From IMG/VR virus record IMGVR_UViG_3300036885_000228, positions 30,368 to 94,367 of that record: DNA of 64,000 nt, one strand, 5' to 3'. Origin of the DNA: a virus. Taxonomy: Duplodnaviria > Heunggongvirae > Uroviricota > Caudoviricetes. Each line of letters starts with the position of its first letter. Positions within the stretch are counted from its first letter, which is position 1. A program made the translations under genes and the position numbers. Positions 29,113 to 39,154 of this stretch are shown piece after piece. The notes under the pieces are model-generated. The model saw nothing but the letters and a program-made list of their open reading frames with translations. It was not told where the DNA came from and did not search any database.

Positions 29113-29784
29113 GTGGACTGTGTCAGCAGTGCATGGATTCGATATTTGATTAATATGATATTCAAAGATAAAGAAAAATGGAGAAAGAATCTTAGTATAT
29201 CATTGAAAGGCAAACCGAATAAAATGAAAGGTAAGAAATTGAATTTGTCTGATGATCAAAGAAAAAATAGAAGTGAAAAAGCTAAAATTTCAGCAAGTCT
29301 TCCTAAAAATAGAAAAATTTTTCTAGAATCAATACAAAAAGTATTATTAGATCCAATCCGTCGAGAAAATAGAAAGAAAAAAATTCAACAAACAATTAAA
29401 CGAAAATTAGAAGATGGGACATGGTACATTTGGAAAACTAGAAACATTCGAAGTTTTCCAGAATTATTTGTTGAAAAATTTCTATCTAAACATAATATCA
29501 AATTTGAATCAGAAAAATATATTTCAAGAAAAGAATTAGGAATAGATAAAAAACAAGGTGGATATTTTCTTGACTTTTATTTACCTGACAATATGATTGA
29601 TTTAGAAATAGATGGAAGCCAACATGAACAACCTGAAAGAAAATTAAGTGATACTAAAAGAGATAAATTATTAACAAATGCAGGATTTAAAGTCGTAAGA
29701 ATTAAATGGACGACAATCAAAAATGATACTGGTTCAAAATACATCTTTGATCAATTAAATTCTGTAATAAAATGTCAAAAATAA
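29113..29784 (+). CDS. Homing-endonuclease-like protein (NUMOD3-like repeats plus DUF559/Vsr-like PD-(D/E)xK domain)
   Basis: N-terminal repeats (..SISLKGKPNKMKGKKL.., ..SEKAKISASL..). The C-terminus ..YFLDFYLPDNMIDLEIDGSQHEQPERKLSDTKRDKLLTNAGFKVVRIKW matches the DUF559 endonuclease pattern. Confidence 0.5.
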   Translation: MDCVSSAWIRYLINMIFKDKEKWRKNLSISLKGKPNKMKGKKLNLSDDQRKNRSEKAKISASLPKNRKIFLESIQKVLLDPIRRENRKKKIQQTIKRKLEDGTWYIWKTRNIRSFPELFVEKFLSKHNIKFESEKYISRKELGIDKKQGGYFLDFYLPDNMIDLEIDGSQHEQPERKLSDTKRDKLLTNAGFKVVRIKWTTIKNDTGSKYIFDQLNSVIKCQK

Positions 29785-29811
29785 GATTCTATTTTTGACT
29801 AATGTATAATT

Positions 29812-30180
29812 ATGGAAAATCAAAAATTAGTAAAAGTCGAACTAACTTACGTTGGTCGACAAAACAAAATTAGCAAGAAAACTGGAAAACCATACATTTC
29901 ATTAGGTATTAAGACAAAAGAATATGGTGAAGAATGGATTAATGGATTTGGTGGGAAAGAAAATCAATATTGGGCACAAGGTGATATTGTCGATATTGAA
30001 ATTTATGAAGATGAGTGGAATGGTAAAAAGACTCTGAAATTTAATACTCCAAAGGTTGATCCAAATATTGAAATTTCAGCAATTAAGACTAGACTTGATA
30101 ATGTTGAATCGAGATTAACGAGAATTGAAAAGGGGACTGCTATGCCGGAAAACTTCCCCTTTAATCCTCAAGCTAAATAG
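29812..30180 (+). CDS. DUF3127-like OB-fold protein
   Basis: ..KISKKTGKPYISLGIKTKEYGEEWINGFGGKENQYWAQGDIVDIEIYEDEWNGKKTLKF.. resembles DUF3127 proteins, which are common in Bacteroidetes and their phages. Confidence 0.45.
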   Translation: MENQKLVKVELTYVGRQNKISKKTGKPYISLGIKTKEYGEEWINGFGGKENQYWAQGDIVDIEIYEDEWNGKKTLKFNTPKVDPNIEISAIKTRLDNVESRLTRIEKGTAMPENFPFNPQAK

Positions 30181-30181
30181 T

Positions 30182-30418
30182 ATGAATGAGAAAATGTACA
30201 CGATGTACGAACTTTTTAAATCTGGAAAGATTTATTGGATTAAATCTTTTCCGACTTTACGTAAGTGGATTTTACGAGATATGTCATCTCAGAATTTGTT
30301 AGGCACGAAAGTCATTTCTGCAAATGCAGGAAAAACAGGTATTAGATACTTCATACCCGAAGACAATATTGTCAAATTCGTAAATGCATTTAATGATAAA
30401 AGTTTGTATGCAAAATAA
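30182..30418 (+). CDS. Hypothetical protein (start trimmed to first ATG after the upstream stop)
   Basis: The ORF-track start 30125 overlaps the previous gene. ATG 30182 gives a 78-aa product. Confidence 0.35.
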   Translation: MNEKMYTMYELFKSGKIYWIKSFPTLRKWILRDMSSQNLLGTKVISANAGKTGIRYFIPEDNIVKFVNAFNDKSLYAK

Positions 30419-30947
30419 TCTTCAAACTGACTCGATGGAATCAACATTTCAAAAATATGAAATTGAATTTTTTGAAAGTCAAGTTTCATCGACTCAATTA
30501 GAATTAATCAAAAAGATTGATGAATTAGTCAATCTTAATGACTTGAATGGGTTGTCTATTGATGACTTAATTGATTTACGTTGGAGACTTTCAAGATACT
30601 CAGAATCTTTGGGAGAGTGTATTAGTTATCATGAATCAAGATCAGATTTTGCTTATATCTGGAGAAAATTTCAAATTGCTTCAGATTGGATTCCAACGAA
30701 GAAAGAATTGAATTCAACTCTTGAAAAATCAAAAACGACTAATAGTGAAATTGATTCAGTCCTCACAACTAAATATATCGGTGAACAATTCTATTCGATG
30801 TTTCACCGAAGACGTGCTGATTTTCTAATGATTAAGATGGAAGCATTGACACGTCATATTCGTACAATTGACCATAGATTGTATGAACTTCAAAGACAAT
30901 TTCGGTTACCTCAAACTGATTCAATGAATGTTGACATGAACAAGTAA
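30408..30947 (+). CDS. Hypothetical protein
   Basis: ORF 30384..30947. ATG 30408 (MQNNLQ..) overlaps the upstream stop by ATG/TAA coupling. Confidence 0.4.
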   Translation: MQNNLQTDSMESTFQKYEIEFFESQVSSTQLELIKKIDELVNLNDLNGLSIDDLIDLRWRLSRYSESLGECISYHESRSDFAYIWRKFQIASDWIPTKKELNSTLEKSKTTNSEIDSVLTTKYIGEQFYSMFHRRRADFLMIKMEALTRHIRTIDHRLYELQRQFRLPQTDSMNVDMNK

Positions 30948-30978
30948 AGTTATTAACTTTTCATGAACAGTTTATCAG

Positions 30979-31007
30979 TTTACATCAATTCAAAAGTTTG
31001 TTATAAT
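30979..31007 (+). promoter_or_regulatory. Promoter TTTACA-N17-TATAAT
   Basis: TTTACA 30979-30984, TATAAT 31002-31007. Preceded by the GTTATTAACTTTTCATGAAC box. Confidence 0.55.
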
Positions 31008-31323
31008 GAATTTATGGTAAATTAATTTTGACAAATAAATATTCTAGAGAGGTCTCAGAAGTGATGAAATCGGTTGAATTATAGAATATATGTCTTTTAC
31101 TTGTACTATTCAACAGGGTCATTCTGAGGTCATCAGTATAATTATACTTTAATACCAATGAAATGAATATGCTCAAAATCACAAACATTATCGAAAACAC
31201 CATTCGTCTTGGAAGGGAGAAGGTTAAATCTTTCGTGTCTGTTTGTGGACATTGAGCCTCTTCTAAGACGAGTGGTTTTTTTGATTTTAAGAAAGTATTG
31301 AAGAATGTATTATTAATGTAAGA

Positions 31324-32298
31324 ATGTTGTATTTTTATTCAAAAGTAAACATTAATAATATGCGATGCAAAATTAAGATGCAATTCGATCCAGAAATTGC
31401 AAAAGATATTGGAGTAGAAGAAGCAATAATGTATTCAAATGTTGAATTCTGGTGTGAACATAATAAAGCAAACAATACAAATTTTTATGATGGACGTTAT
31501 TGGATGTATAACACAATTGATGCTTTTGTTCAATTATTTCCATTTTGGACAGTAAAACAAATTCGACGTATTTTAAATAACTTAGAGAATAAGAAGTACA
31601 TCAAAACTGGTAATTACAACACTGTGAAATTTGATCAAACGATCTGGTATTCAATTGATATCCCTGATTTGTCAGTTCCGACAAATGCAACTGCCCAAAT
31701 CGGTACGCTGCAACTGCCCAAATGGGCAAATGGAACTGCCCAAATGGACAATGCTATACCAGATAATAAACCATATGTTAATCTTATGATTGGCGAAGAC
31801 AAGCTTCACCGTATAGATTTAAAATTAGAAAGTACCAAAATTGACAAGAAAACTAAACCTAATGGTAGTAAATCTGACAAAAACAAGATTCTTGGAACTC
31901 AGGCAGATGAAGTTCTAACATACTTTTTTGATGAATATTTGCAAATTTTCAAAATTAAACCAACAATTACCAACTTTGGTAGATTTAATAAAGCAACTCA
32001 AAAATACCTCAAACTTTATAATCTAGAGAAAATGAAAGAATTTGTGGATGCATATTTCAGTTTAACTGAGAAATATTACAAAGACAATGGTTATTCGGTT
32101 AATATTTTTTTAACAGATAACGTGATTACTCGACTGAATTCTAATTATTCAAAAAAATTGACATCAGAAGAAGAAAATCGACTAATGCAGATTGATAATG
32201 ATCGACAATTTAGACGGTATATTCGAACTAATCCAACTAGTGAGACAGCAAGGAGATATTTAGAAGAACATAATGGTTTATTACCAAATATTGATTAA
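31324..32298 (+). CDS. Putative replication initiation / replisome organiser protein
   Basis: 324-aa ORF directly upstream of the primase-helicase. Its direct repeats GCAACTGCCCAAATCGG / ACTGCCCAAATGG at 31690-31745 lie inside the gene and are iteron-like. Confidence 0.4.
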   Translation: MLYFYSKVNINNMRCKIKMQFDPEIAKDIGVEEAIMYSNVEFWCEHNKANNTNFYDGRYWMYNTIDAFVQLFPFWTVKQIRRILNNLENKKYIKTGNYNTVKFDQTIWYSIDIPDLSVPTNATAQIGTLQLPKWANGTAQMDNAIPDNKPYVNLMIGEDKLHRIDLKLESTKIDKKTKPNGSKSDKNKILGTQADEVLTYFFDEYLQIFKIKPTITNFGRFNKATQKYLKLYNLEKMKEFVDAYFSLTEKYYKDNGYSVNIFLTDNVITRLNSNYSKKLTSEEENRLMQIDNDRQFRRYIRTNPTSETARRYLEEHNGLLPNID

Positions 32299-33894
32299 AT
32301 GCAAGACTATCAAAATTCTCCAATTTATACAACAGCAAAGACATATTTAGAAAAAAAGATGTCAATAATTCCAGTGGGTAAAGACAAAAGGCCACTGGTT
32401 GCTTGGGCCGAATATCAGAACCGAATAGCAACAATACAGGAACTCGACAAATGGTTTACTGATTTTGAATATATCAATATTGCTATTGTGACTGGAAAAA
32501 TTTCAGGATACACAGTAGTAGATGTTGAAAATGGTGGGAAATATGACGATTTACCTCCGACCTTGACATCAAAAACTGGAGGTGGAGGAGTTCATCTGTT
32601 TTACAAATATTGCGAAGGAATCAAAAATCTGGTAAGAGTTAGAGAGTTTATGGATATCCGAAATGATGGAGGTTATGTAATTGTCCCGCCAAGTACGACT
32701 GACAAAGGTACATATGAGTGGAAATCATTTATATCAATTGCAGATTTTCCAAAAGACAAGTTTGAGATTAAAGAAAAATCAAAACCATTTGTCAGGACTC
32801 AAGATTTGCCAGAATATCTAGGTTCTTCAGAAGGAGGACGAAATGATTCAATTACGAAATATGCAGGTTCATTATTGCCACTAATACACCCTCTTGACTG
32901 GGAGAATCTTGCTTGGCCAATGTTGAAATCAGCAAATCAAAAGAATAAGCCACCATTACTGGAAGGGGAATTACGGACAATCTTTCTAAGTATTTCAACT
33001 AGAGAGAAACTCAATCCAAGTTTTAGGAAACAATTAGATGTACACCCAATTGTAGAAATTCCAACGACTGATGATGAAATTATGTTAATGTCAGAAGTTG
33101 CTGCAAGACAAGTTGTTAGAGAACTAGAAACATTCCCAACAGGATTTGAAGCATTTGATAAAAATATGTTAGGAGGATTTAAAGAAGGAGATTTGGTCGT
33201 AATTACTGCACCAACGGGTCATGGTAAAACTACATTCGCTCAATCATTAACTTGTAATATTGCAAAAACAAATGTACCAGTTTTGTTTTTCTCATTTGAA
33301 GTTATGATTGGAAATATTTGGAAGAGATTTGAAGAGATGGGAATGAGTAAGAAGTCAGTAGTTTATTCACCATTGAAAATTAGCAACGGAACAATTGAAT
33401 GGATTGAAAAAAGAATTTTAGAAGGAATCAAAAAATACAATGTTAGAATGGTAGTGATCGATCATTTAGGATTCTTATTACCAAAAAAACAAGGATATGA
33501 CAATCAAATGAGTTCAAATTATTCTGCATTCTTAGGTGGGATTTGTAGAGACTTAAAAACTTTAGCAATCAAAAACAATTTAGTTATTTTGCTTTTAGCT
33601 CACGTAAAGAAGACAGACAAACCAACTATTAATGATATTAGAGATTCTTCTGGAATTGCGCAGGAATCTGATTATGTTTTTATTCTTGAAAGACAATTAA
33701 TGACTCAGAAAAAAGGAGGAGATATGATTGACATGCAATATTCAGATGATACAGTAATTACATTAGCAAAAAATAGATTGACTGGAATTACACCTAAAAT
33801 CAAATGTCATATTGTACAAGCAAAATTTGTAGAATTATATTCGACAAGTGCAATGGCTGAAACAAGAGCAAATAAAGATGGGAAATTATTATGA
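32299..33894 (+). CDS. Primase-helicase (bifunctional Prim-Pol N-terminal domain plus DnaB/RecA-like P-loop helicase)
   Basis: The N-terminus ..SIIPVGKDKRPLVAWAEYQNRIATIQELDKW..IAIVTG.. fits the Prim-Pol family. Walker A VITAPTGHGKTTFA. ..VVIDHLGFL.. and ..LLAHVKK.. are helicase motifs. Confidence 0.75.
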   Translation: MQDYQNSPIYTTAKTYLEKKMSIIPVGKDKRPLVAWAEYQNRIATIQELDKWFTDFEYINIAIVTGKISGYTVVDVENGGKYDDLPPTLTSKTGGGGVHLFYKYCEGIKNLVRVREFMDIRNDGGYVIVPPSTTDKGTYEWKSFISIADFPKDKFEIKEKSKPFVRTQDLPEYLGSSEGGRNDSITKYAGSLLPLIHPLDWENLAWPMLKSANQKNKPPLLEGELRTIFLSISTREKLNPSFRKQLDVHPIVEIPTTDDEIMLMSEVAARQVVRELETFPTGFEAFDKNMLGGFKEGDLVVITAPTGHGKTTFAQSLTCNIAKTNVPVLFFSFEVMIGNIWKRFEEMGMSKKSVVYSPLKISNGTIEWIEKRILEGIKKYNVRMVVIDHLGFLLPKKQGYDNQMSSNYSAFLGGICRDLKTLAIKNNLVILLLAHVKKTDKPTINDIRDSSGIAQESDYVFILERQLMTQKKGGDMIDMQYSDDTVITLAKNRLTGITPKIKCHIVQAKFVELYSTSAMAETRANKDGKLL

Positions 33895-33927
33895 GAAGTT
33901 GTTAACTTTTCATTAACAAGTAGATAG

Positions 33928-33956
33928 TTTACAAATGTTGACAAATATGATAAGAT
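33928..33956 (+). promoter_or_regulatory. Promoter TTTACA-N17-TAAGAT
   Basis: TTTACA 33928-33933. The -10 is the TAAGAT variant at 33951-33956. Preceded by the GTTGTTAACTTTTCATTAACAAG box. Confidence 0.45.
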
Positions 33957-33994
33957 GATATTATCAAATAATTAATTAACATAACGACAAAAAA

Positions 33995-34237
33995 ATGTTT
34001 GAAGTACTCAAAAATCTTGTCGCCAATCTTGACGAGATTGACACATCAAAGTACAAAGACGTGGTTGTTGCAAGAAAATCATTGCAAGCAATCAAAATTG
34101 AAGCTCAAAAGGTAAGGAAAGAAATTGCTGAAGCAGGAAAGGAAGCAAGAAAAACAGCAAAAGCAGAAAAAGTGGCAAAAAAGAAAGTGAAGAAAGAAGT
34201 AGTAAAGGAAGAACCGACTCTTGGGGATGTAGAATAA
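33995..34237 (+). CDS. Lys-rich small protein
   Basis: 80 aa with KEIAEAGKEARKTAKAEKVAKKKVKKEVVKEE. Confidence 0.4.
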   Translation: MFEVLKNLVANLDEIDTSKYKDVVVARKSLQAIKIEAQKVRKEIAEAGKEARKTAKAEKVAKKKVKKEVVKEEPTLGDVE

Positions 34238-34355
34238 AGAGATATTTGGCAAGGTTTTTTTCTTGCCATTTTCTCTACCTGGGTGATGTACAGACTTGAT
34301 GTCCCTTTTAAGTCTTTGGCCACATCATCTAGGTTGAGAAGATTATCAAATTAAT

Positions 34356-35273
34356 TTGAAATATATGGATTTAAAAATTCAGGTTCGAAATTATTTGTTG
34401 AAAGAAAGAGAAGCAAGATCGAAAAAGAAAGATGCATTTTGGCCATCTGAAACTGAAGGAAATATTTTTGACATCTATCATGGATTCAAAGGTACTCTAC
34501 CAACTAACCCAATGACTGTTGAAACTCAGTTTGCATTAGGAATGAGAAAGAAACTTGAAGAAGCGGTTGTTGAAATTTTTGGAAAGATGAACATTTTAGT
34601 CTCTCCAGCATCTTATACAAATAGAGAAGGTGTATTGATTGAGAAACCGGATCAACATAGAGTTGAGATAACGAGAATGGGAATCAAGATCAACGGTTAT
34701 ATGGATGCAATAGTTCGAGATGATGGAAAGGAAGTACCAGTAGAGATTAAGACGAGTTACGGTTCATATTCAAAAAATGATTTACTTGCAGGACATCCAA
34801 AGGTTGCATATCTAAAACAACTTGCAATTTATATGGATTCATTGGGAGTCAATCTTGGATATTTATTTGTCGTAAATTTTGAAAGGGACTTGATTATCGA
34901 TGACGTTTATCAATTTCCATTAGTTAAAATAGGTGACATTTTCAAATGTGGTGATATTGAATTCAATTTAGAGAAAGATGTCTATGCTAGATGGAAGATG
35001 ATTTGGGACACATACATTGTTCCAGATATTGAACCAGTTTCTGAATACAGGTATAAATATGATGTCAAAACAATTGACTGGAAAAGATTACCAGCTTCAA
35101 GAATTGCTAATGCAAGAAACAACAAAGCAGTAATTGGTGATTGGCAAATTTTATATTCATCATATAAAGACCTTTTAATTCAAAAAGAAGGAACTGAACC
35201 TGGATATGACGAAAATGAATTGGAATACATTAAAAAATGTACAAGTGGATACACTACTTGGAACCGAAAGTAA
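34356..35273 (+). CDS. PD-(D/E)xK exonuclease (YqaJ/lambda-Exo-like)
   Basis: ..GYMDAIVRDDGKEVPVEIKTSYG.. matches the D..D..E-x-K catalytic pattern of YqaJ-type viral recombination exonucleases. Confidence 0.55.
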   Translation: MKYMDLKIQVRNYLLKEREARSKKKDAFWPSETEGNIFDIYHGFKGTLPTNPMTVETQFALGMRKKLEEAVVEIFGKMNILVSPASYTNREGVLIEKPDQHRVEITRMGIKINGYMDAIVRDDGKEVPVEIKTSYGSYSKNDLLAGHPKVAYLKQLAIYMDSLGVNLGYLFVVNFERDLIIDDVYQFPLVKIGDIFKCGDIEFNLEKDVYARWKMIWDTYIVPDIEPVSEYRYKYDVKTIDWKRLPASRIANARNNKAVIGDWQILYSSYKDLLIQKEGTEPGYDENELEYIKKCTSGYTTWNRK

Positions 35274-35274
35274 T

Positions 35275-36177
35275 ATGCATAAAACAATTCACCCAATGCT
35301 TGCAGGAAGTTTACCTCCAGAAAAATTGAAGGAATTATGGAATAATCCGGATTGGATTTGTGAAGAAAAGATTGATGGGAGTCGATACGTATTACAATAT
35401 GATAGTCATGGAATTCCCTTATTGACAAGTAGAAAAAGATCAGTTAAGACAAATGAGATGGTTGATAAGACTCAGAATTTGATGGGTTATGTATGTGAGA
35501 AAAATCTAAAATTCAAAAACACAATTATTGATGGAGAAATACAAGGAGGTAATTCATTCGGTGATACAGTATCTCTAATGGGTTCGACTCCGGAGAGAGC
35601 TCAGCAAATGCTTAAAGATGGATTTAAAGTCAAATATATTGTATACGACATTTTAGAATACCAAGGAACTGATTTACGTAATCGACCATTTAATATTAGA
35701 CGATTAAAGCTTCAAAATTTTCTATTGAATTATCATAATCCGTACATTGAATTGATTCGAGTATTACCAAATGAACCGTCTAGTTTTGATCAGATTGTTA
35801 GTGAGGGTGGAGAAGGTGTTATACTAAAACATAAAATGAGTCAATATCAAGAAGACAAACGTGGAAAGGACTGGATAAAAGTAAAGAAGACCGATACGTT
35901 CGATGGTATAATCATTGGGATGACAGAAGGAACCGGTAAATATAAAAAATCAATGGGTGCATTACGAATAGGTCAATATGTCGGAGATGAAATTGTAGAA
36001 GTTGCAACTATTTCTGGAATGACAGATGACCAAAGAGATTATTTTAGTCAGAATATTCAAAAGTTGAATGGTCAAGTAATTGAATTTGAAGCACAGGAAA
36101 AAACAAAGAAGAGATATCGACATCCAAGATTTGTAAGACTTAGAAATGATAAATCACCAACAGAATGTAAATTTTAA
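35275..36177 (+). CDS. ATP-dependent DNA ligase
   Basis: Motif I CEEKIDGSRY (KxDGxR). The ORF-track start 35206 overlaps the upstream gene, so ATG 35275 (MHKTIHPMLAG..) is more likely. Confidence 0.8.
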   Translation: MHKTIHPMLAGSLPPEKLKELWNNPDWICEEKIDGSRYVLQYDSHGIPLLTSRKRSVKTNEMVDKTQNLMGYVCEKNLKFKNTIIDGEIQGGNSFGDTVSLMGSTPERAQQMLKDGFKVKYIVYDILEYQGTDLRNRPFNIRRLKLQNFLLNYHNPYIELIRVLPNEPSSFDQIVSEGGEGVILKHKMSQYQEDKRGKDWIKVKKTDTFDGIIIGMTEGTGKYKKSMGALRIGQYVGDEIVEVATISGMTDDQRDYFSQNIQKLNGQVIEFEAQEKTKKRYRHPRFVRLRNDKSPTECKF

Positions 36178-36325
36178 TATTGCAATATGAAAGCACCACA
36201 ATTTAAAATTGAAACATGGAAAGATTGGATTATACTATCAATTGAACTTTTTATTTGTATTATGATTGGTAATTTGATTGGTAATTTTTTATTCGTACTA
36301 ATAAAATCCTTTTAAAAATTGAATT

Positions 36326-37408
36326 ATGAAAATTGCACTCTTGCATCTATATTCAAATGTTCCTACAGGTGGAGAATATACTTATGCAATACATCTACAG
36401 TCAGGATTAAAGAAACTTGGACATGAATGTGATATTGTTGTGGAATCTAAGTCAGGGAGAACTTGTAAGAATCAAAAAGATAAGGGATTTCGAGTAGTAA
36501 AAAAAGACATGATGAAATCTGAATTAGAGAACTATGATTATGTGATTGTAATTTCAGGATATCTGAATGGTGGAGATTATAGCGTATTAGAATCGAACAA
36601 GTTTAAGATTGCATATATTGAACACAATTATAATCGATCATATAAAAGATATTTATATAATGATTTAATCAAAATTAGACCAGATGTCAAGATTTTTAGT
36701 GCAGGAAAACCAAGTGTTCGAATATACAAAACTTTTACAGACATTCCAGTTCATTTTGTACGTTTACCATTTGATATTGATTTGATGAAACTTAAGATTC
36801 AAAAGAAAGAGATTACTGCATTGAAGGCAGTTTTTCCTCACCGTATGAGTAGTGTTAAAAAGCCAGAATTCACATATAGATTTTTTGATAGTATTGGAGA
36901 CATTATTGAATGGTCATTAGATTTTTACGGTTCATACACTGAAAGTATAATTTTGTGGAGTATGTCAGATATGGTAGTTGATAATTTTTTCGATAAGACT
37001 TTCACTAAAGCAAATGTAGCCCCTTATATTTTTAAAAATAAAAATATTCGAATTTTACCGGCATACAATCCTCAGAGTGATTTGCCTGAAGTCTATTCAA
37101 ATTATAATCTCACTGTTCATTCGACTAAATGTCGTAATGATGGTGCAAGAATGGAATATGTATTGCTTGAATCAATATATTACGATACACCAATTATGTC
37201 AATGAAGAAGAATTGGGTAGACAATGTCCCGTATGATGATAGAGATGAATTATGGGTTGAGAATGAAGCGTATATTGATATGACAATAGAAAACATTCAA
37301 AAGTTTGCAAATGATATGAAGTTTAGAGAAGAAGTATTGGATAGACAGAAACAGATACTTAAATTATATGATGCAACAGAAATTGCTAGAAAATTCATTG
37401 AACTTTAA
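36326..37408 (+). CDS. Glycosyltransferase-like protein (GT-B/GT4-like N-terminus)
   Basis: MKIALLHLYSNVPTGGEYTYAIHLQSGLKKLGHECDIVV resembles GT4 N-terminal domains. Confidence 0.45.
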   Translation: MKIALLHLYSNVPTGGEYTYAIHLQSGLKKLGHECDIVVESKSGRTCKNQKDKGFRVVKKDMMKSELENYDYVIVISGYLNGGDYSVLESNKFKIAYIEHNYNRSYKRYLYNDLIKIRPDVKIFSAGKPSVRIYKTFTDIPVHFVRLPFDIDLMKLKIQKKEITALKAVFPHRMSSVKKPEFTYRFFDSIGDIIEWSLDFYGSYTESIILWSMSDMVVDNFFDKTFTKANVAPYIFKNKNIRILPAYNPQSDLPEVYSNYNLTVHSTKCRNDGARMEYVLLESIYYDTPIMSMKKNWVDNVPYDDRDELWVENEAYIDMTIENIQKFANDMKFREEVLDRQKQILKLYDATEIARKFIEL

Positions 37409-37859
37409 AGTTGAGCAATTCAAAAAGTTAAGGAAAGAAATGATTAGAAAAGGATGGTATGATAGTCCACCTTCTGGAAATTTGTTAGCTAAATACATGA
37501 TTATTGGAATTCGACCAGGGAGGACGATGAAAAAAGTAACAAAATCAAATACTGTTCTTGAACCGATTTTAGATAAATACATACCTGGGGATTATTATTT
37601 CACAAACATTGTCAAATATCCACATTCAGATAACAATCTACCAGATGTTAATGATATACTATTATCAATGGATCTTTTGATCTCTGAAATCAGATTAGTC
37701 AATCCGAAAGCCATCATTTCATTAGGCAATTGGGTATATCAGACACTTAAAGACAATGGTATTGATTCAGTAAAGATTTTCCACCCAAGTTATGTCTCAA
37801 GGACTAATAACCTTTTAAACTATGAGCAACAAATCAAGACGTCAATTTTTAAAACATGA
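37368..37859 (+). CDS. Uracil-DNA-glycosylase-superfamily (family-4-like) protein
   Basis: ..MIIGIRPG.. (GEAPG-like), ..FTNIVKY.., ..ISLGNWVYQTL.. and the C-terminal HPSYVSR (HPSPLN-like). Confidence 0.5.
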   Translation: MMQQKLLENSLNFKVEQFKKLRKEMIRKGWYDSPPSGNLLAKYMIIGIRPGRTMKKVTKSNTVLEPILDKYIPGDYYFTNIVKYPHSDNNLPDVNDILLSMDLLISEIRLVNPKAIISLGNWVYQTLKDNGIDSVKIFHPSYVSRTNNLLNYEQQIKTSIFKT

Positions 37860-38211
37860 AATAAGATATTATGATATTGTCGAATTATTTGATAGACAGA
37901 AGGAATTTCAGAGACTTGTCAAATCTGGAATTAAGTCAGGATTAACTAATTCTAAACGAAATTTATTGTATCGTGAAAATTGCCTTTTTACAATTGAAGA
38001 AATCATTGAGGGTTTACGATTTATCAATCATAAACCTTGGAAAAAAACTTCAGAAAAGGATGACATCAATAAATTGAAAGATGAATTGGTTGACGAATTT
38101 AGATTTTTCATCAACCGTTGCATATTGGTTGGTATGGATGAGAAGGAATTATTTTCTCGTTTGGGTAAATCATTTAACAAGACAAGTAAACGATTAAAAA
38201 ATAATTATTAG
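37822..38211 (+). CDS. Hypothetical basic protein
   Basis: 129-aa ORF. Confidence 0.35.
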   Translation: MSNKSRRQFLKHEIRYYDIVELFDRQKEFQRLVKSGIKSGLTNSKRNLLYRENCLFTIEEIIEGLRFINHKPWKKTSEKDDINKLKDELVDEFRFFINRCILVGMDEKELFSRLGKSFNKTSKRLKNNY

Positions 38212-38217
38212 TATATG

Positions 38218-38376
38218 AAAGATAAGAAACATTTAGCTAGAACATTGATGTCTAAAGAAGAGATAAGAAAACATGTTTCACCATTTTTATCAAAAAATTG
38301 GACATTGCGAGTTGAATCAATTCAGAAGAGAATACAGGATCATATTGACAAAATCAAAAAATCAAGACTAGAAAAA
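38218..38376 (+). CDS. Small protein (53 aa, below cutoff)
   Basis: ATG 38218 (MKDKKHLARTLMSKEEIRKH...). Confidence 0.25.
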
Positions 38377-38449
38377 TAAGAAAATTAAAATTATAACTCT
38401 TAATAGGTCGAAAGAGTTTTTACATAATTAAAAACGTAATAATCAAATT

Positions 38450-38818
38450 ATGAAAGACATTTTACAGAAAGTAGCATCTCTCTGCAAAGATAATGAGAGA
38501 ACACTTTTAGAGAAGTACGATTTAATTGACAAGGATTCTCCAAGAGGAAAAGATTGTAATGGATTATTCATGGAGAAGACGACTTGTGAAGGAGATAAGT
38601 TGTTGGCTTTGCTATTATGGAATGAAAAGAGACCAGAAATTATTGAAATGTTGAAGAAGATGTCAGCCAAAGATGCATCTAAAGCTAGAAAGAGAATCAA
38701 GGAAGCATTCCTTGACAATCTTAAAGTAAAAGATGACGAGGAAATTCTTGGAATGGATGACGAATTGAAAGCAGAACAAGAACTTACATCAGAGGGAGAA
38801 GTCAAAGATGAGGAGTAA
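38450..38818 (+). CDS. Acidic protein (possible DNA-mimic-like; speculative)
   Basis: 122 aa with a strongly acidic C-terminal third (..DDEEILGMDDELKAEQELTSEGEVKDEE). Confidence 0.4.
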   Translation: MKDILQKVASLCKDNERTLLEKYDLIDKDSPRGKDCNGLFMEKTTCEGDKLLALLLWNEKRPEIIEMLKKMSAKDASKARKRIKEAFLDNLKVKDDEEILGMDDELKAEQELTSEGEVKDEE

Positions 38819-38836
38819 TAACTAAACAATATATTT

Positions 38837-39133
38837 ATGACATTATTTAAGAAAGGTTCCTCATCTGAAGAAGACAAACCATCTGAGTCAGAAGAGGAGA
38901 TTAAGAAAATCAAAATCAGTATAGGTCGGTTGGGAGTTGGAGTGGATGTAAAATATGTCAATCCTGATTCAACAATCAAAAAGATATTAGATGATAATGG
39001 TTACGAATTAGGAAAGAACGAAAAAGTTCATCTGAATGGTACAAAGTTGACTGATGATGAAGTAAAGAAGACTATACCAACAAAGAATTCAGTTATTGCA
39101 ATAGTAGGAGCAAAAGAAGGTGGTATTAAATAA
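38837..39133 (+). CDS. Ubiquitin-like beta-grasp protein (ThiS/MoaD-like) with GG followed by a 2-residue C-terminal extension
   Basis: ..KVHLNGTKLTDDEVKKTIPTKNSVIAIVGAKEGG-IK* fits the ThiS/MoaD pattern (..vNG..v......l.dgD.v.i.p.vsGG) with two extra residues after GG. Confidence 0.55.
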   Translation: MTLFKKGSSSEEDKPSESEEEIKKIKISIGRLGVGVDVKYVNPDSTIKKILDDNGYELGKNEKVHLNGTKLTDDEVKKTIPTKNSVIAIVGAKEGGIK

Positions 39134-39154
39134 TACTTCAAGGGAAATCAAAAG

